From Longimicrobiales bacterium (GTDB taxonomy: Bacteria; Gemmatimonadota; Gemmatimonadetes; Longimicrobiales; Gaopeijiaceae): a stretch of 64,000 bases of DNA. Below are positions 38,547 through 48,811 of this stretch, one piece after another; the first letter of the stretch is position 1, and each line of letters opens with the position of its first letter. The notes beneath the pieces are model-generated. The model made no database searches, had not been told where the DNA came from, and was given only the letters and a program-made list of their open reading frames with translations. The DNA lies in the NCBI GenBank assembly GCA_965226375.1, contig CBDDCX010000008.1:288001-352000 (forward strand), in the 5' to 3' direction. The position numbers and the translations under genes were made by a program.

Positions 38547-39484
38547 TGAGCGGCCTGCCGAACGTCGCCGTCCTGGGCGCGGGACGCATGGGGGCGGCCA
38601 TCGCCTTCGTCTTCGCCGGAAGCGACCACGACGTTCGGTTGTACGAACCCGATCCCTCGGCGCGCGATCGGGCGAGTCACCGCCTCCGAGAGGTGGCGAC
38701 GACGCTCCATCGTCCGAGCGCGTCAGACATTCCCATCTTGGATGACCTGAACGAAGTCGTCCGAGAAGCCGATCTGATCATCGAGGCCGCCCCGGAGGAC
38801 ACCGCCATCAAGCGGGCCCTTTTCGACGAACTCGGTGGGGCGGTGGGGCCGGATGCCCTGGTCGGCACGAACACCTCATCGCTGCCTATTGAGAGTTTCG
38901 CTCAGGGCTTCCCGAACCCCGGACGACTGGTCTACGCCCACTTCTGGAACCCTCCGTACGCCATCCCTCTCGTCGAGGTCGCACCGGGGCCGGACACCGA
39001 CGAACCGGCAATGGACACCGTCGCCGGCTGGCTGGAAGGTGCCGGGATGGCGCCGGTGTTGCTTCAACGGGCGGTCCCGGGACTCATCGGAAACCGGCTC
39101 CAGCACGCCCTGAAGCGTGAGGCCATCGCGCTCGTTGCGGACGGCGTCTGCGACGCCGCCACCATCGACGACGTCGTCAAGCTCGGGTTCGGAGCCCGGA
39201 TGGCGGTGCTCGGCCCGATGGAGCAGTCGGACCTCGTCGGGCTCAACCTCACCCTCGCGATCCATGAGAGCCTCATGCCGACGCTGGACCGGACGGACGG
39301 CGCGCACCCCTACCTCATGGAGAAGGTCCGCAGGGGCGAGCTCGGCATGGATGCCGGCGTCGGCTTCCGACCTTGGACCCCGTCATCGGCGAAAGCGGTC
39401 CGCGACCGGCTCGATCGTTGGAACACCCGGACATCGCCAGCCGAAGGTGACCCCGAACCGCTGGACTCAGGGAGAACCAAATGA
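38543..39484 (+). CDS. 3-hydroxyacyl-CoA dehydrogenase family protein
   Basis: GAGRMG, EAAPE, NTSS, HFWNPP and GNRLQHAL motifs. Confidence 0.9.
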   Translation: MMSGLPNVAVLGAGRMGAAIAFVFAGSDHDVRLYEPDPSARDRASHRLREVATTLHRPSASDIPILDDLNEVVREADLIIEAAPEDTAIKRALFDELGGAVGPDALVGTNTSSLPIESFAQGFPNPGRLVYAHFWNPPYAIPLVEVAPGPDTDEPAMDTVAGWLEGAGMAPVLLQRAVPGLIGNRLQHALKREAIALVADGVCDAATIDDVVKLGFGARMAVLGPMEQSDLVGLNLTLAIHESLMPTLDRTDGAHPYLMEKVRRGELGMDAGVGFRPWTPSSAKAVRDRLDRWNTRTSPAEGDPEPLDSGRTK

Positions 39485-40329
39485 ATCCCAGCGTCACGCG
39501 CCACCGACCCACACCTGCGCCGAGTCCGGTAGTCGATCCCCAGACCGGCCTCGAACTGTACGAACTGAGTCACCCGTGGGGCCACGGGGCACCGGCCTAC
39601 CCCGGCTACCCGGACACGCGGATCCATCGTGTTGTCACGCACGCTCGGCACGGCGTCCTGACCCAGCGCATCCAGACGGTCATGCACACCGGAACCCACG
39701 TGAACGCTCCCGCCCATCTCGTCCAGCGAGCCGCGGGTATTGGCGCGCTCCCCCTTGGGTTGTTCTTCGGCCAGGGTGTCGTCCTCGATGTCTCGAAAGA
39801 GCAGTGGGAACTCGTCACCGCAGCCGACCTCGAGTCGGCAACACCTGCGGTAGAACCGGGCGACATCGTACTCATCGTCACCGGATGGCACCGGCGCTAT
39901 TCCGACAGCCAGGACTACTTCGGTCATGCGCCGGGACTCTCCCCGGGGGCGGCCATGTGGCTGCGTGACGCCGGAGCGAAGCTCGTGGGTGTCGATACAC
40001 CGTATGTCGACCACCCGCTGGCGACGCAGCTCGCCGATCACCGCGGCGGCCCCCTCGCGCCGTACCTCGTCCCGCGGTACGAATCGGAAACGGGCAGAGC
40101 GGCATCCGAAGACTTCCCGGAGTTGCACCCCGCCCACCGGACGCTTCTCGACGCCGACATCCCCACCATCGAGAACGTGGGGGGCGACGTCGACCTCCTC
40201 CTCGGCAAGCGCGTCACGATTCAGTCGTTCCCTTGGCGGTGGCCCGAAGGTGACGCCTGCCCAGTACGACTGGTCGCCCTACGGGACGACCGAGGTGACT
40301 ACCGAATCGAGACGGGGGAAGCCAGGTGA
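39481..40329 (+). CDS. Cyclase (kynurenine formamidase-like) family protein A, variant motif
   Basis: HTGTHVNAPAH (Asp to Asn in HxGTHxDxPxH), VGVD, IEN. Confidence 0.88.
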   Translation: MNPSVTRHRPTPAPSPVVDPQTGLELYELSHPWGHGAPAYPGYPDTRIHRVVTHARHGVLTQRIQTVMHTGTHVNAPAHLVQRAAGIGALPLGLFFGQGVVLDVSKEQWELVTAADLESATPAVEPGDIVLIVTGWHRRYSDSQDYFGHAPGLSPGAAMWLRDAGAKLVGVDTPYVDHPLATQLADHRGGPLAPYLVPRYESETGRAASEDFPELHPAHRTLLDADIPTIENVGGDVDLLLGKRVTIQSFPWRWPEGDACPVRLVALRDDRGDYRIETGEAR

Positions 40330-41147
40330 GCGGCCTGGAGTTCTACGACCTGTCCCATCCGTGGGGTCACGGAATGCCGGAGTGGCCTTCCTCTCCCGGC
40401 ATCCGGGTCAACCGGGTGCAATTCCACGCTAAGGATGGGCAGTGCGTCCACGAAATGGATGCGCACATGCATCGCGGGACACACATGGACGCACCGGTGC
40501 ACGTCACGGCCGACTGGCCGACCCTCGCGGGCTACGAGACGTGGCGCTTCTTCGGCACGGGGGTCGCCGTCTCGATTCCGAAGGGCCGGTGGGAAGTGAT
40601 CACTCCCGACGACCTCGAAGCAGCCGAGCCGCGCATCCAGCCCCACGACATCGTGATCATCAACACGGGGTCGCATCGGCTGGTCGGCGACAACGACGAC
40701 TACTTCAACTACTCGCCCGGCCTCTACGACGAAGCCGCCCGCTGGCTCGTCGAGCGCCAGGTGAAGCTCGTAGGCGTCGACGTCCAGGCCCTGGACCATC
40801 CGCTCGGCACCAAACTCGTCGAGCATGGACCGGGACCGTCCCACCCTCATCTCATCGAGGAGTACCGACGAGAGTTCGGGCACCCCCCCGCCGAGGACTT
40901 CCCCGACTGGGAGCCTGCCCACAAGATCCTCATGGGGAACGGGATCCCCGGCATCGAGAACGTCGGGGGAGACCTCGATGCGGTCACGGGCAAGCGATGC
41001 ACATTCGCCGCCTTCCCGTGGCGATGGACCGAGGGCGAAGGATCCGGAGTCCGTGTGGTCGCCATCCTGGATCGCGAGGGGAGCTACCGGATCAGCGAAG
41101 ACGAAGCCGCTGGTGAGAAGCTGGCATCCGCGGTGACCGGTGAGTGA
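40326..41147 (+). CDS. Cyclase (kynurenine formamidase-like) family protein B, canonical motif
   Basis: HRGTHMDAPVH, VGVD, IEN; GTGA overlap with A. Confidence 0.9.
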   Translation: MSGLEFYDLSHPWGHGMPEWPSSPGIRVNRVQFHAKDGQCVHEMDAHMHRGTHMDAPVHVTADWPTLAGYETWRFFGTGVAVSIPKGRWEVITPDDLEAAEPRIQPHDIVIINTGSHRLVGDNDDYFNYSPGLYDEAARWLVERQVKLVGVDVQALDHPLGTKLVEHGPGPSHPHLIEEYRREFGHPPAEDFPDWEPAHKILMGNGIPGIENVGGDLDAVTGKRCTFAAFPWRWTEGEGSGVRVVAILDREGSYRISEDEAAGEKLASAVTGE

Positions 41148-41982
41148 GGGAATAGAGACCTTGGTCGACCGCAGCCAGGGCAAAGCTCCCGGGACGAAGC
41201 GGGTCCAGTCCGTGATCCGCACGGTCGAGATCCTGCGTGCGCTCGGCGACGCCGGACAAGACCTTACGTTGGCTGACCTCGCGGAGCGCACCGGTCTGCC
41301 ACGCTCGACGGTTCACCGAATCGTCCAGACCCTCCAGAGTGCGCACTTCGTCGCAAAGGGGGCGGGCCCAGGGGGACTCCGACTCGGACCGGAGTTCGGC
41401 CGTCTTGCCTCGAACTCCCGGCAGGCGCTCACTCCCGCAATGCGCCCCTTCCTCGAGAGGCTCGCAAGCGAGATCTCAGAGAGCACGAGCCTCACCGTTC
41501 TCGAAGGGCTCAATGTGCGGTTCCTCGACCAGGCCATCGTCGGTCAAGGGCTGCGCGCCGTCACACTCGTCGGCACGGCCTTCCCAGCACACTGCACGGC
41601 GAACGGAAAGATCCTGCTGGCGGCTCTGCCGAGGGCGGTTCTTCGCGCAAGGCTTCCCGAACGGCTGGAATCCCGCACTTACCACACCATCACGGATCCC
41701 GAACGCCTCATGGACGAACTGGACCGTGTCGGGACCGACGGCGTGGCGTTCGATCGTGAAGAACACGGGATCGGTATCAGTGCGATCGCTGCGCTCGTCG
41801 TCGACGATGCGAACAACCACGCCGCGATCAGCGCCGCCATGCCGACCGCAAACTTCGAAGGCCGCGAGGAGTACCTCACCGAGATCGTGCGTAGGACCGC
41901 GCACGATGCCAGTGTAGCGCTCGGCTGGAGCGGCGCGAATGGGAAGTCGCCAAGTCCCAACCCCAACGCGACCACCGACTGA
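41140..41982 (+). CDS. IclR family transcriptional regulator
   Basis: VQSVIRTVEIL...GLPRSTVHRIVQTL HTH; HCTANGKILLA; DREEH. Confidence 0.93.
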   Translation: MSEGIETLVDRSQGKAPGTKRVQSVIRTVEILRALGDAGQDLTLADLAERTGLPRSTVHRIVQTLQSAHFVAKGAGPGGLRLGPEFGRLASNSRQALTPAMRPFLERLASEISESTSLTVLEGLNVRFLDQAIVGQGLRAVTLVGTAFPAHCTANGKILLAALPRAVLRARLPERLESRTYHTITDPERLMDELDRVGTDGVAFDREEHGIGISAIAALVVDDANNHAAISAAMPTANFEGREEYLTEIVRRTAHDASVALGWSGANGKSPSPNPNATTD

Positions 41983-41996
41983 TCGGAGAGAAGAAC

Positions 41997-42329
41997 ATGG
42001 AAGTCACCCGACTCGCGGACGCTCTCCCCTACGAGGCCCCGAAGCATCACGGCATCGCCGCTCTTCGACTCCACGGCAGAGAGCAGACCAACGCGGAGCG
42101 TGTGGTGGTGGGGCTGACGCACTTCCTTCCGGGTGGCGGCGCCGACGAGTCCTCGAGTGAGGCCGAGAGGGTCTACGTGGTGTTGGAGGGGCAGGTCACA
42201 GTGACCACGGAGGAGGGGCCCGTGGTGCTCGGCCCCCTGGACTCCTGCCTCATCCCTCCCGGAGAGACCCGATCCGTGCAGAATTCGACCAACCGACCCG
42301 CCTCGATGCTCGTGATCGTGGTCCCGTGA
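41997..42329 (+). CDS. Cupin domain protein
   Basis: PYEAPKHHG; ERVYVVLEG...GPLDSCLIPPGETRSVQN cupin motifs. Confidence 0.85.
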   Translation: MEVTRLADALPYEAPKHHGIAALRLHGREQTNAERVVVGLTHFLPGGGADESSSEAERVYVVLEGQVTVTTEEGPVVLGPLDSCLIPPGETRSVQNSTNRPASMLVIVVP

Positions 42330-42421
42330 TCGAGAGCCGCTGCCTCCCTCGTCGCATGATCGCTCTCACACGTCACGTGCATGCACTCGACTCAGACGCT
42401 TAGATAGAAGGAGATACGAGG

Positions 42422-43930
42422 ATGTCGACACAACACCAAGCGATGTCGGTTGCCACTGCGCCGACGGAGGTCCAGGAGTTCCTGCGAAGTACGCCGGCAC
42501 ACGTCGTCGGAGATACGAAGCGACCTTCCGGGTCAGGTGAGGAAATCGAAGTTGTCGACCCGTCCACCGGAGAGGTGATCTCACACATCGCTCGCGGGCG
42601 AGCCGAGGATGTCGACGCCGCAGTGCAGGCGGCGGACTCCGCACTGCGTTCGTCATCCTGGACGAACGCGAGCCCGGCAACCCGCGAGTCCCTCCTCCAC
42701 CGGCTCGCAACGGTCATCGATGAGAACGTCGAGACCCTTGCCCTTCTCGAGTCGCTGGACATCGGGATGCCGTTGCCGCTGTCTCACCACCTCGACATCG
42801 CAGGAGCCGCCGATGTCGTGCGCTACATGGCGGGATGGCCCACGAAGATCGCGGGGCGGACCCTGACCTTCGAGAGCCCCGGCGGCAACCGGGCGATGGG
42901 CCACACCCGCCTGGAGCCCGTCGGTGTCGTCGGAGGCATCATTCCGTGGAACGTGCCGTTCATGTTGGCGATCTGGAAGGTGGCGCCCGCCCTTGCCGCC
43001 GGATGCACCATCGTCCTGAAGCCAGCCGAAGCCGCGTCGCTCACGGCGTTGTTTCTGGGCGATCTGGTCCTCGAGGCCGGCTTCCCACCGGGGGTCGTGA
43101 ACATCGTCACCGGGACCGGGCCCGAAGCCGGTCAGCCGCTCATCGAGCACCCGCTGGTCAGCAAGATCTTCTTCACGGGCTCGACTACGACGGGGATCGC
43201 CGTCGGCCGAGCGGCCGCTTCCCACACCAAGCCCGTGTCCCTGGAGCTAGGCGGCAAATCGCCCACGATCATTTTCGCCGACGCCGACCTCGAGGCGGCG
43301 GCGGCCGGTGCAGCGGAGTCGATCTTCCTGAACTCGGGACAGATCTGCGTGGCTGGCTCCCGGCTTTACGTTCAGAAGAGTGCCTACGACGACGTCGTGA
43401 ACCGGGTCGCATCCCTCGCAGCGAAGCACGTCGTCGGCAGCGGTCTCGACCCGGCCACGACCCTCGGGCCGGTGATCAGTCGACGGCACAAGGAACGGGT
43501 CGACGGATACATCGACGCCGCGGAGAACGGCGGGGCCGAGCTCATCTCGAGTCACGTAGTTCCCGAGCAGGGTTTCTTCGTGGCTCCCACGATCGTCACC
43601 GGTGCCGAGCACGGAGCGGCGATAACCCAGGAGGAGGTCTTCGGTCCGGTGCTCTCGGTCTACCAGTTCGACGACGAAGCCGACGTCCTGAAGGCCGCGA
43701 ACGGAACCCCGTACGGACTCGCCGCCACCGTTTGGACATCGAGCATCGCCCACGCGGAGGCGATGATCGACGGACTGGAGTGCGGCAAGATCTCGGTGAA
43801 CTCGCCCGGCTTCCCTTACCCCGGACTGCCCGAGGGCGGCAAGAAGGCGTCGGGCTACGGAAGGGACCTGGGACCGGAGTCGGTGGACGGCTATCTCCAC
43901 TCGAAGTCCGTCATCTTCGAGCGGTCCTGA
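42422..43930 (+). CDS. Aldehyde dehydrogenase (phenylacetaldehyde-DH-like)
   Basis: PWNVP, FTGS, ELGGKSP, NSGQIC and EEVFGP motifs. Confidence 0.93.
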   Translation: MSTQHQAMSVATAPTEVQEFLRSTPAHVVGDTKRPSGSGEEIEVVDPSTGEVISHIARGRAEDVDAAVQAADSALRSSSWTNASPATRESLLHRLATVIDENVETLALLESLDIGMPLPLSHHLDIAGAADVVRYMAGWPTKIAGRTLTFESPGGNRAMGHTRLEPVGVVGGIIPWNVPFMLAIWKVAPALAAGCTIVLKPAEAASLTALFLGDLVLEAGFPPGVVNIVTGTGPEAGQPLIEHPLVSKIFFTGSTTTGIAVGRAAASHTKPVSLELGGKSPTIIFADADLEAAAAGAAESIFLNSGQICVAGSRLYVQKSAYDDVVNRVASLAAKHVVGSGLDPATTLGPVISRRHKERVDGYIDAAENGGAELISSHVVPEQGFFVAPTIVTGAEHGAAITQEEVFGPVLSVYQFDDEADVLKAANGTPYGLAATVWTSSIAHAEAMIDGLECGKISVNSPGFPYPGLPEGGKKASGYGRDLGPESVDGYLHSKSVIFERS

Positions 43931-43954
43931 GGTCCTCGGGAGGGGTAATCGCCG

Positions 43955-45510
43955 CTACGAACTCGCCATCAGCCGCTGCAACTCGACCTCGAGTCGGCTC
44001 AACTGTTCGGGCCGCACGGCTGCGGCGATGTATCGATCGGGTCTGACGAGCAACACATCGCCGCGGTGCTGCCGCAACGTTTCGACGAACCTCGAGTCCC
44101 GCAGGACCACGGCATGCCCGTCGGCGACGGACGCATCGCTCGCCACCGAGACAGCTTGGACACTCAATCGATGCCAGAGCCCGTTCCGGACGACCGCGTT
44201 CAAATCGGCCGCGGGACAATCGAGGCCAACCAGTGCAAACCCCGGTCCAAGTACCTTGTCCAGCAGGACGTCGTCCCCGCCGGGTGTGCGCACGAGAGGC
44301 TGCGACAGCATGTGCCCGACGAGCGACCGTCCGGGTCGACCGCCGCTCGGAAGCAGAAAGCCATCACGAAGCACTGCACGAGGGATGTAGCGCATCCCGG
44401 TGATGTACGGGCCGTCACGGGTGCTCGTGACAGAACCCAGAACGCTAGGTCCCGCAGGTAGGCCAGCCACGTCGCGGTGAGATTGACGATGCGGCCGAGC
44501 GTGACCGAGATGTCGATGACTGCCTGACAGTGCCCGCGCCGCTCGAGATCGTACGTGTCGAGAATGTCCTGCGAAGCATGCCCTCTGAGCACCGCGGCAA
44601 TTTTCCAGCACAGGTTGGTCGCGTCACGGCTGCCCGAGTTCATGCCCGACGCGCCGAATGGCGGCATCAGGTGGGCGGCGTCACCCAGGAGAAACGTCCG
44701 GCCGACGCGCATGTCCCGGACCAGCAACGCATGAAAAGTATACACGGCCTTGCGAAACACCTTCACGTCATCGAAATCGCGGTACGGCGCAAACAAGCGT
44801 CGCAACGAATCGTCCTCGAGGATCGTGTCGGGATCCTCACCAGGCAGGAGCATGAACTCGAAGCGTCGACCGCCTCGCGGGGCTGGAATGCTGTCGGTCG
44901 GGCGCTGCGGGTGGACGAAGTACTTGGAGAACGGGCTCTGGTCCGTGTCGTCGAGCATGTCGATGACGGCCCAAGGCTGCTCGTACGACTGGCCCTCCAT
45001 CGGCAGGTCGAGGAGTTTCCGTACCGTGCTGCGACCACCGTCACATCCGAGGACATAGTCAGCCACGATCTCGTGGCGCAGACCGTCGGGATCGACGACC
45101 CCAGCTGTCACCTTGCCGTCGCCCTCCGTGAGGTCGACCAGCGTACGCTCGAAGCGGACTGACGCCCTGTCCCATCGCTCGACACCCTGCGCCAGCACCT
45201 GCTCCAACTCGGGTGGCCAGATCGCCGAGCGGTTGCCATACCCGTTCGGCGTTATCTGTCCCTTGATCGCGGCTATGCGAAATCCGAGCCTGGAAAAATA
45301 GGTGACGCCGGCGGCCGGAACGCAGTTCTCGTATACCTGTGGGGCGAGTCCCACACCGTCGAGCGTTCGAAAGAACTCATCGTCGATATAGATGCCCTTC
45401 GGGATCGTCGACGTCTGGGCATCACACGCCACGACGAGCGTCTCGATGCCGTACAGGCCGAGCAAGTTGGCGGCGGCGAGACCGGTAGGCCCCGCCCCGA
45501 CAATCAACAC
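43955..45510 (-). pseudogene. FAD-dependent aromatic monooxygenase (MhpA-like), frameshift near 44410
   Basis: GAGPTG, CDGGRS and GDAAHLMPPFG in ORF 44200..45510; the C-terminal LVRPDRY domain is in ORF 43955..44611. May be a sequencing error. Confidence 0.82.
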
Positions 45511-45521
45511 CTGGGTCTGGG

Positions 45522-46487
45522 TCAGGGGGAGTCCGCCGAGACGGGGGTCGGCTGCGTCGTTCCTGCTCGCCGATGTTCGAGCGCGGCATAAGCGATTTCG
45601 TGAAACGGCACGTCGACGCCAAGTTCGCGACCGAGGCGGACGACGAGTCCACTCAGGTAGTCGAGCTCCAACGGACGCCCGGCGCGTTGGTCGGCCAGCA
45701 TGGACGGCGTGGACTCTGGGGGCATCGCGTCGGCGACCTCCAGCGAACGCTCGACGATGTCGTCGGCCAGATGCACGCCTTTGGCGCTGGCGACGGCGGC
45801 TGTCTCGCGCATACCGCGTTCGAGCATGGCTCGCGTGTTGGGCGCCGTCCGCAAGGGGTCAGTCGACTGGTCGGTGAGACAGCACGCGGCGCTCATCACT
45901 GAGAACATCACGAACTTCGACCAGAGTGCGGCATCGATGTCGTCGACGTTCTCAGCGTCGACCCCGGCGGCCGCGAAGGCATTCGCAATCTCGCCCGACC
46001 GCGCGCGCGCGCGCCCCTCCCGGCCACCCAGTCGCAGCCGCGCCATCGTGCCGAGATGCACTATTCGACCTGGCTCCCGGCGGACGGTGTTGCCGTAGAC
46101 CACAACACCGGCCACCTGCCCGGCCGGTACCCAGGGCGCGAGCCGGTCCATTGCATCGACGCCGTTCTGCGTGCACAGGACTAGGGTGTCGGGCCCGACG
46201 AGCGGCGAGAGCGTTGGGCCGACGCTCTCGACATCGTATGCCTTGACGCACAGCAAGACCGCATCGACGACCCCGACCGTCTCGATACTATCGGTGGCCG
46301 TGACCTCACGGAGCCGCACGTCACCCAGAGCACTCTCTACGCGCAACCCAGAGCCTCGAAGGGCCTCGAGGTTGGCGCCCCGGGCCACAAAAGTGACGTC
46401 GTGACCTCCGGCCGCCAGTCGCGCTCCGTAGTAGCCGCCGACGCCGCCCACGCCAACGACCGCTATACGCAAGGGCCCCTCGGCCAA
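45522..46487 (-). CDS. Ketopantoate reductase (PanE/ApbA) family protein
   Basis: GVGGVG, CVKAYD, QNG, WSKF and SMLAD..GRPLELD motifs. Confidence 0.88.
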   Translation of the reverse strand: MAEGPLRIAVVGVGGVGGYYGARLAAGGHDVTFVARGANLEALRGSGLRVESALGDVRLREVTATDSIETVGVVDAVLLCVKAYDVESVGPTLSPLVGPDTLVLCTQNGVDAMDRLAPWVPAGQVAGVVVYGNTVRREPGRIVHLGTMARLRLGGREGRARARSGEIANAFAAAGVDAENVDDIDAALWSKFVMFSVMSAACCLTDQSTDPLRTAPNTRAMLERGMRETAAVASAKGVHLADDIVERSLEVADAMPPESTPSMLADQRAGRPLELDYLSGLVVRLGRELGVDVPFHEIAYAALEHRRAGTTQPTPVSADSP

Positions 46488-46489
46488 GG

Positions 46490-47041
46490 CTACGCGTCCA
46501 GCTTCCGCTGCATCTCGGCCTCGAACTGCTCGCGCGGCATGAAGCCGGGGTCGTTCCGTATCGCGTCGAGGGTCGTGCTCATGATCTCGTCGTTGGACAT
46601 CTCGAGGTCGAGTTCGTCAGCATGCGGCTGCGGCACGTGCCACGGAGAATCGAGATACACCTCGACCCGGTTACCCTCCGGGTCGAGAAAGTAGAGCGAC
46701 CAGGCGTTCCCATGGTTGATCTGCACGAGATCTCTGACGGCCTCGGCCGTGACGCGCCGCGACATCTCACGCAGCTCGTCGAGCGACTCCACGGCAAACG
46801 ACATCTGATTTATCACACTGTAGGTCGCGTCCTCGGGTCGACCGGACGCGAGCGCAAGCTGATGGTGCACGTCCGGCCGGCTGCTGAGGAATACCAGGTC
46901 GATCGGAAACCGGAATGCCTTGCCACGTTCGGTGACGACGAGCCCCATGACACGCGTGTAGAAGTCTTCCATGGCATCCATATCGTGAACATAGATGCCC
47001 ATGTGACTGAGAACGGGGCGGATGGGAGTGGGTGATTGCAT
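46490..47041 (-). CDS. VOC (glyoxalase/extradiol dioxygenase) family protein
   Basis: SHMGIYV, HHQLAL and NHGNAWSLYFLDPEGNRVE motifs. Confidence 0.85.
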   Translation of the reverse strand: MQSPTPIRPVLSHMGIYVHDMDAMEDFYTRVMGLVVTERGKAFRFPIDLVFLSSRPDVHHQLALASGRPEDATYSVINQMSFAVESLDELREMSRRVTAEAVRDLVQINHGNAWSLYFLDPEGNRVEVYLDSPWHVPQPHADELDLEMSNDEIMSTTLDAIRNDPGFMPREQFEAEMQRKLDA

Positions 47042-47092
47042 GGTGCTATTGGGGTTGAAGGTAAGGTCCCAGGGGGACGGGGTTCCGAGGTG

Positions 47093-47936
47093 TCACTTCC
47101 CCACCACATGCTGCAACGTCCCGATACTTTCGATCTCAACCTCCACCTCGTCGCCTACTTTCATGAACAGAGGTGGCGTGCGCTTGAAGCCGACGCCGCC
47201 TGGAGTCCCGGTGACGATGACATCGCCCGGCACCAGGGTCGTCCAGGTAGAGCAGTACTCGATGAGCTCGGCCACGGAAACACCATCTGTCCGGTGTTGG
47301 CGTGCTGCTCGACCTTGCCGTTCAGCCGCGTCGTCAGCTCGAGTGCCTGCGGGTCAGGAACCTCGTCGGCGGTCACCATCCAGGGACCGAAGCCGCCAGT
47401 CCGGTCGAAATTCTTGCCTGATGTGATCTGTCGCGTGTGGCGTTGCCAGTCCCGGACGCTGCCGTCGAAGTAGCACGAGTACCCGGCAACGTGGTTGAGC
47501 GCCGAGGCCGCCGGAATGGCGCGGCCGCCCGTCCCGATGATCACCGCCAGTTCGCCTTCGAAGTCGAAGTTGTCAGACACAACAGGCATCAGCAACGGCT
47601 GATGATGCCCGCACTGCGACGGGGGGACCCGGATGAACCAGGCCGGATTCTCGGTCTTCGGCCGGCCGGTTTCGGCGATGTGACGTCGTAATTGAGGGCC
47701 ACGGCGAGAATCTTCTCCGGGTGCGGAATGACCGGGAGAAAGACGATGTCCGCCAAGGCGTGGTCGCCCGGCTCTCCGTCGGCGGCGCGGCGGGCTTCGT
47801 CGAGCACATCGGCAGCAATGACATCGCGAAGCGTTTCGCACCGCTCGGACAGCCGCGACCGAAGGTCTACGATTCTCTCACCCATGACGACGCCAAAGCT
47901 CGCGTCGCCATCCACACTGTATGAAGCGATCTTCAT
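47093..47936 (-). pseudogene. Fumarylacetoacetate hydrolase family protein with two -1 frameshifts (near 47685 and 47277)
   Basis: Three consecutive frames: MKIASY..KILAVALNY | HIAETG..DFEGELAV..DGSVRDWQ..GKNFD | VAELIEY..GDVIVTGTPGGVG. Confidence 0.85.
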
Positions 47937-47965
47937 TTTCAGATTTCTCCTGCGACTAGTTGATG

Positions 47966-48550
47966 CTACCGTAGCCCGTCGTCGCCGACGATGTCTGACG
48001 CGGCGAGGCCGCCAATCCGCGCATGCGCGCGCGGTCCGGTCGCCATCACCAGTGCGTAGAGGATTTCGTCGGGTCGGGGCGCATCGTGCACTCCGGCATC
48101 TGTGGCACTCATGTGACTTCGGACGTAAGAGGCACCCACGTGGCCTAGCGGAATCATGAGCCTGGATCCAACCGCACCGATCATCTTCGACGACGGGACG
48201 ACGGCTTTCGTCCCGCCGAGGACCTCTCGTATACCCCACCCGCCAGGCTCGTGCCAAAGGGCCCCGTGCTCGAGTTCACCGTTCACCCCGACGATGGCGC
48301 CCTTGCCGTATGATTCGATGACGGCTGGATCGCCGCCGAGCGCGTCCACGAGATCGGCGGCGAGCCGCCGACCGAGCGACTTCAGATCGGCCATCATGGG
48401 CAAGAGGTCCGCCTCATAGTGGCCGGCGTACGGATTCCTGACGACCGCGGCGGCAGTGCCGACCAGCAGCGGTGGATCGATGACTGCGCCGCCGTCGTGC
48501 AGGACGGTCTCGACGCTCACGACCAGCTTTCGGATCTGAACCAGCGACAC
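47966..48550 (-). CDS. DUF1185 / 'amino acid synthesis' family protein
   Basis: AAVVRNPYAG, SYGKGAIVGVNGELEH, YVRSH, DAPRPDEI and GPRAHARIGG motifs. Confidence 0.88.
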   Translation of the reverse strand: MSLVQIRKLVVSVETVLHDGGAVIDPPLLVGTAAAVVRNPYAGHYEADLLPMMADLKSLGRRLAADLVDALGGDPAVIESYGKGAIVGVNGELEHGALWHEPGGWGIREVLGGTKAVVPSSKMIGAVGSRLMIPLGHVGASYVRSHMSATDAGVHDAPRPDEILYALVMATGPRAHARIGGLAASDIVGDDGLR

Positions 48551-48811
48551 TCTCGGACCTCACGGCTCGCATGGCGCGATCGCCTCGTACGACCGCGCAA
48601 TACGATACACCTGTTTCGTGGACGCGCAAATCAGCAGGCGTCTCGCCGGCGCGATTGTCGTGGCGGCAGCTGGGATGCTCGTCCTGGCCCAGCCGATGCC
48701 CAGCAACTACCGTCTCGGGCGGGCAGGTTGGCCGTACATGTACGACGGCGTGCTCGGCAGCCGCAGGGCGACCCGCCGTTCAGCAACACGCTCATGCAGA
48801 AAATCGTTTCG

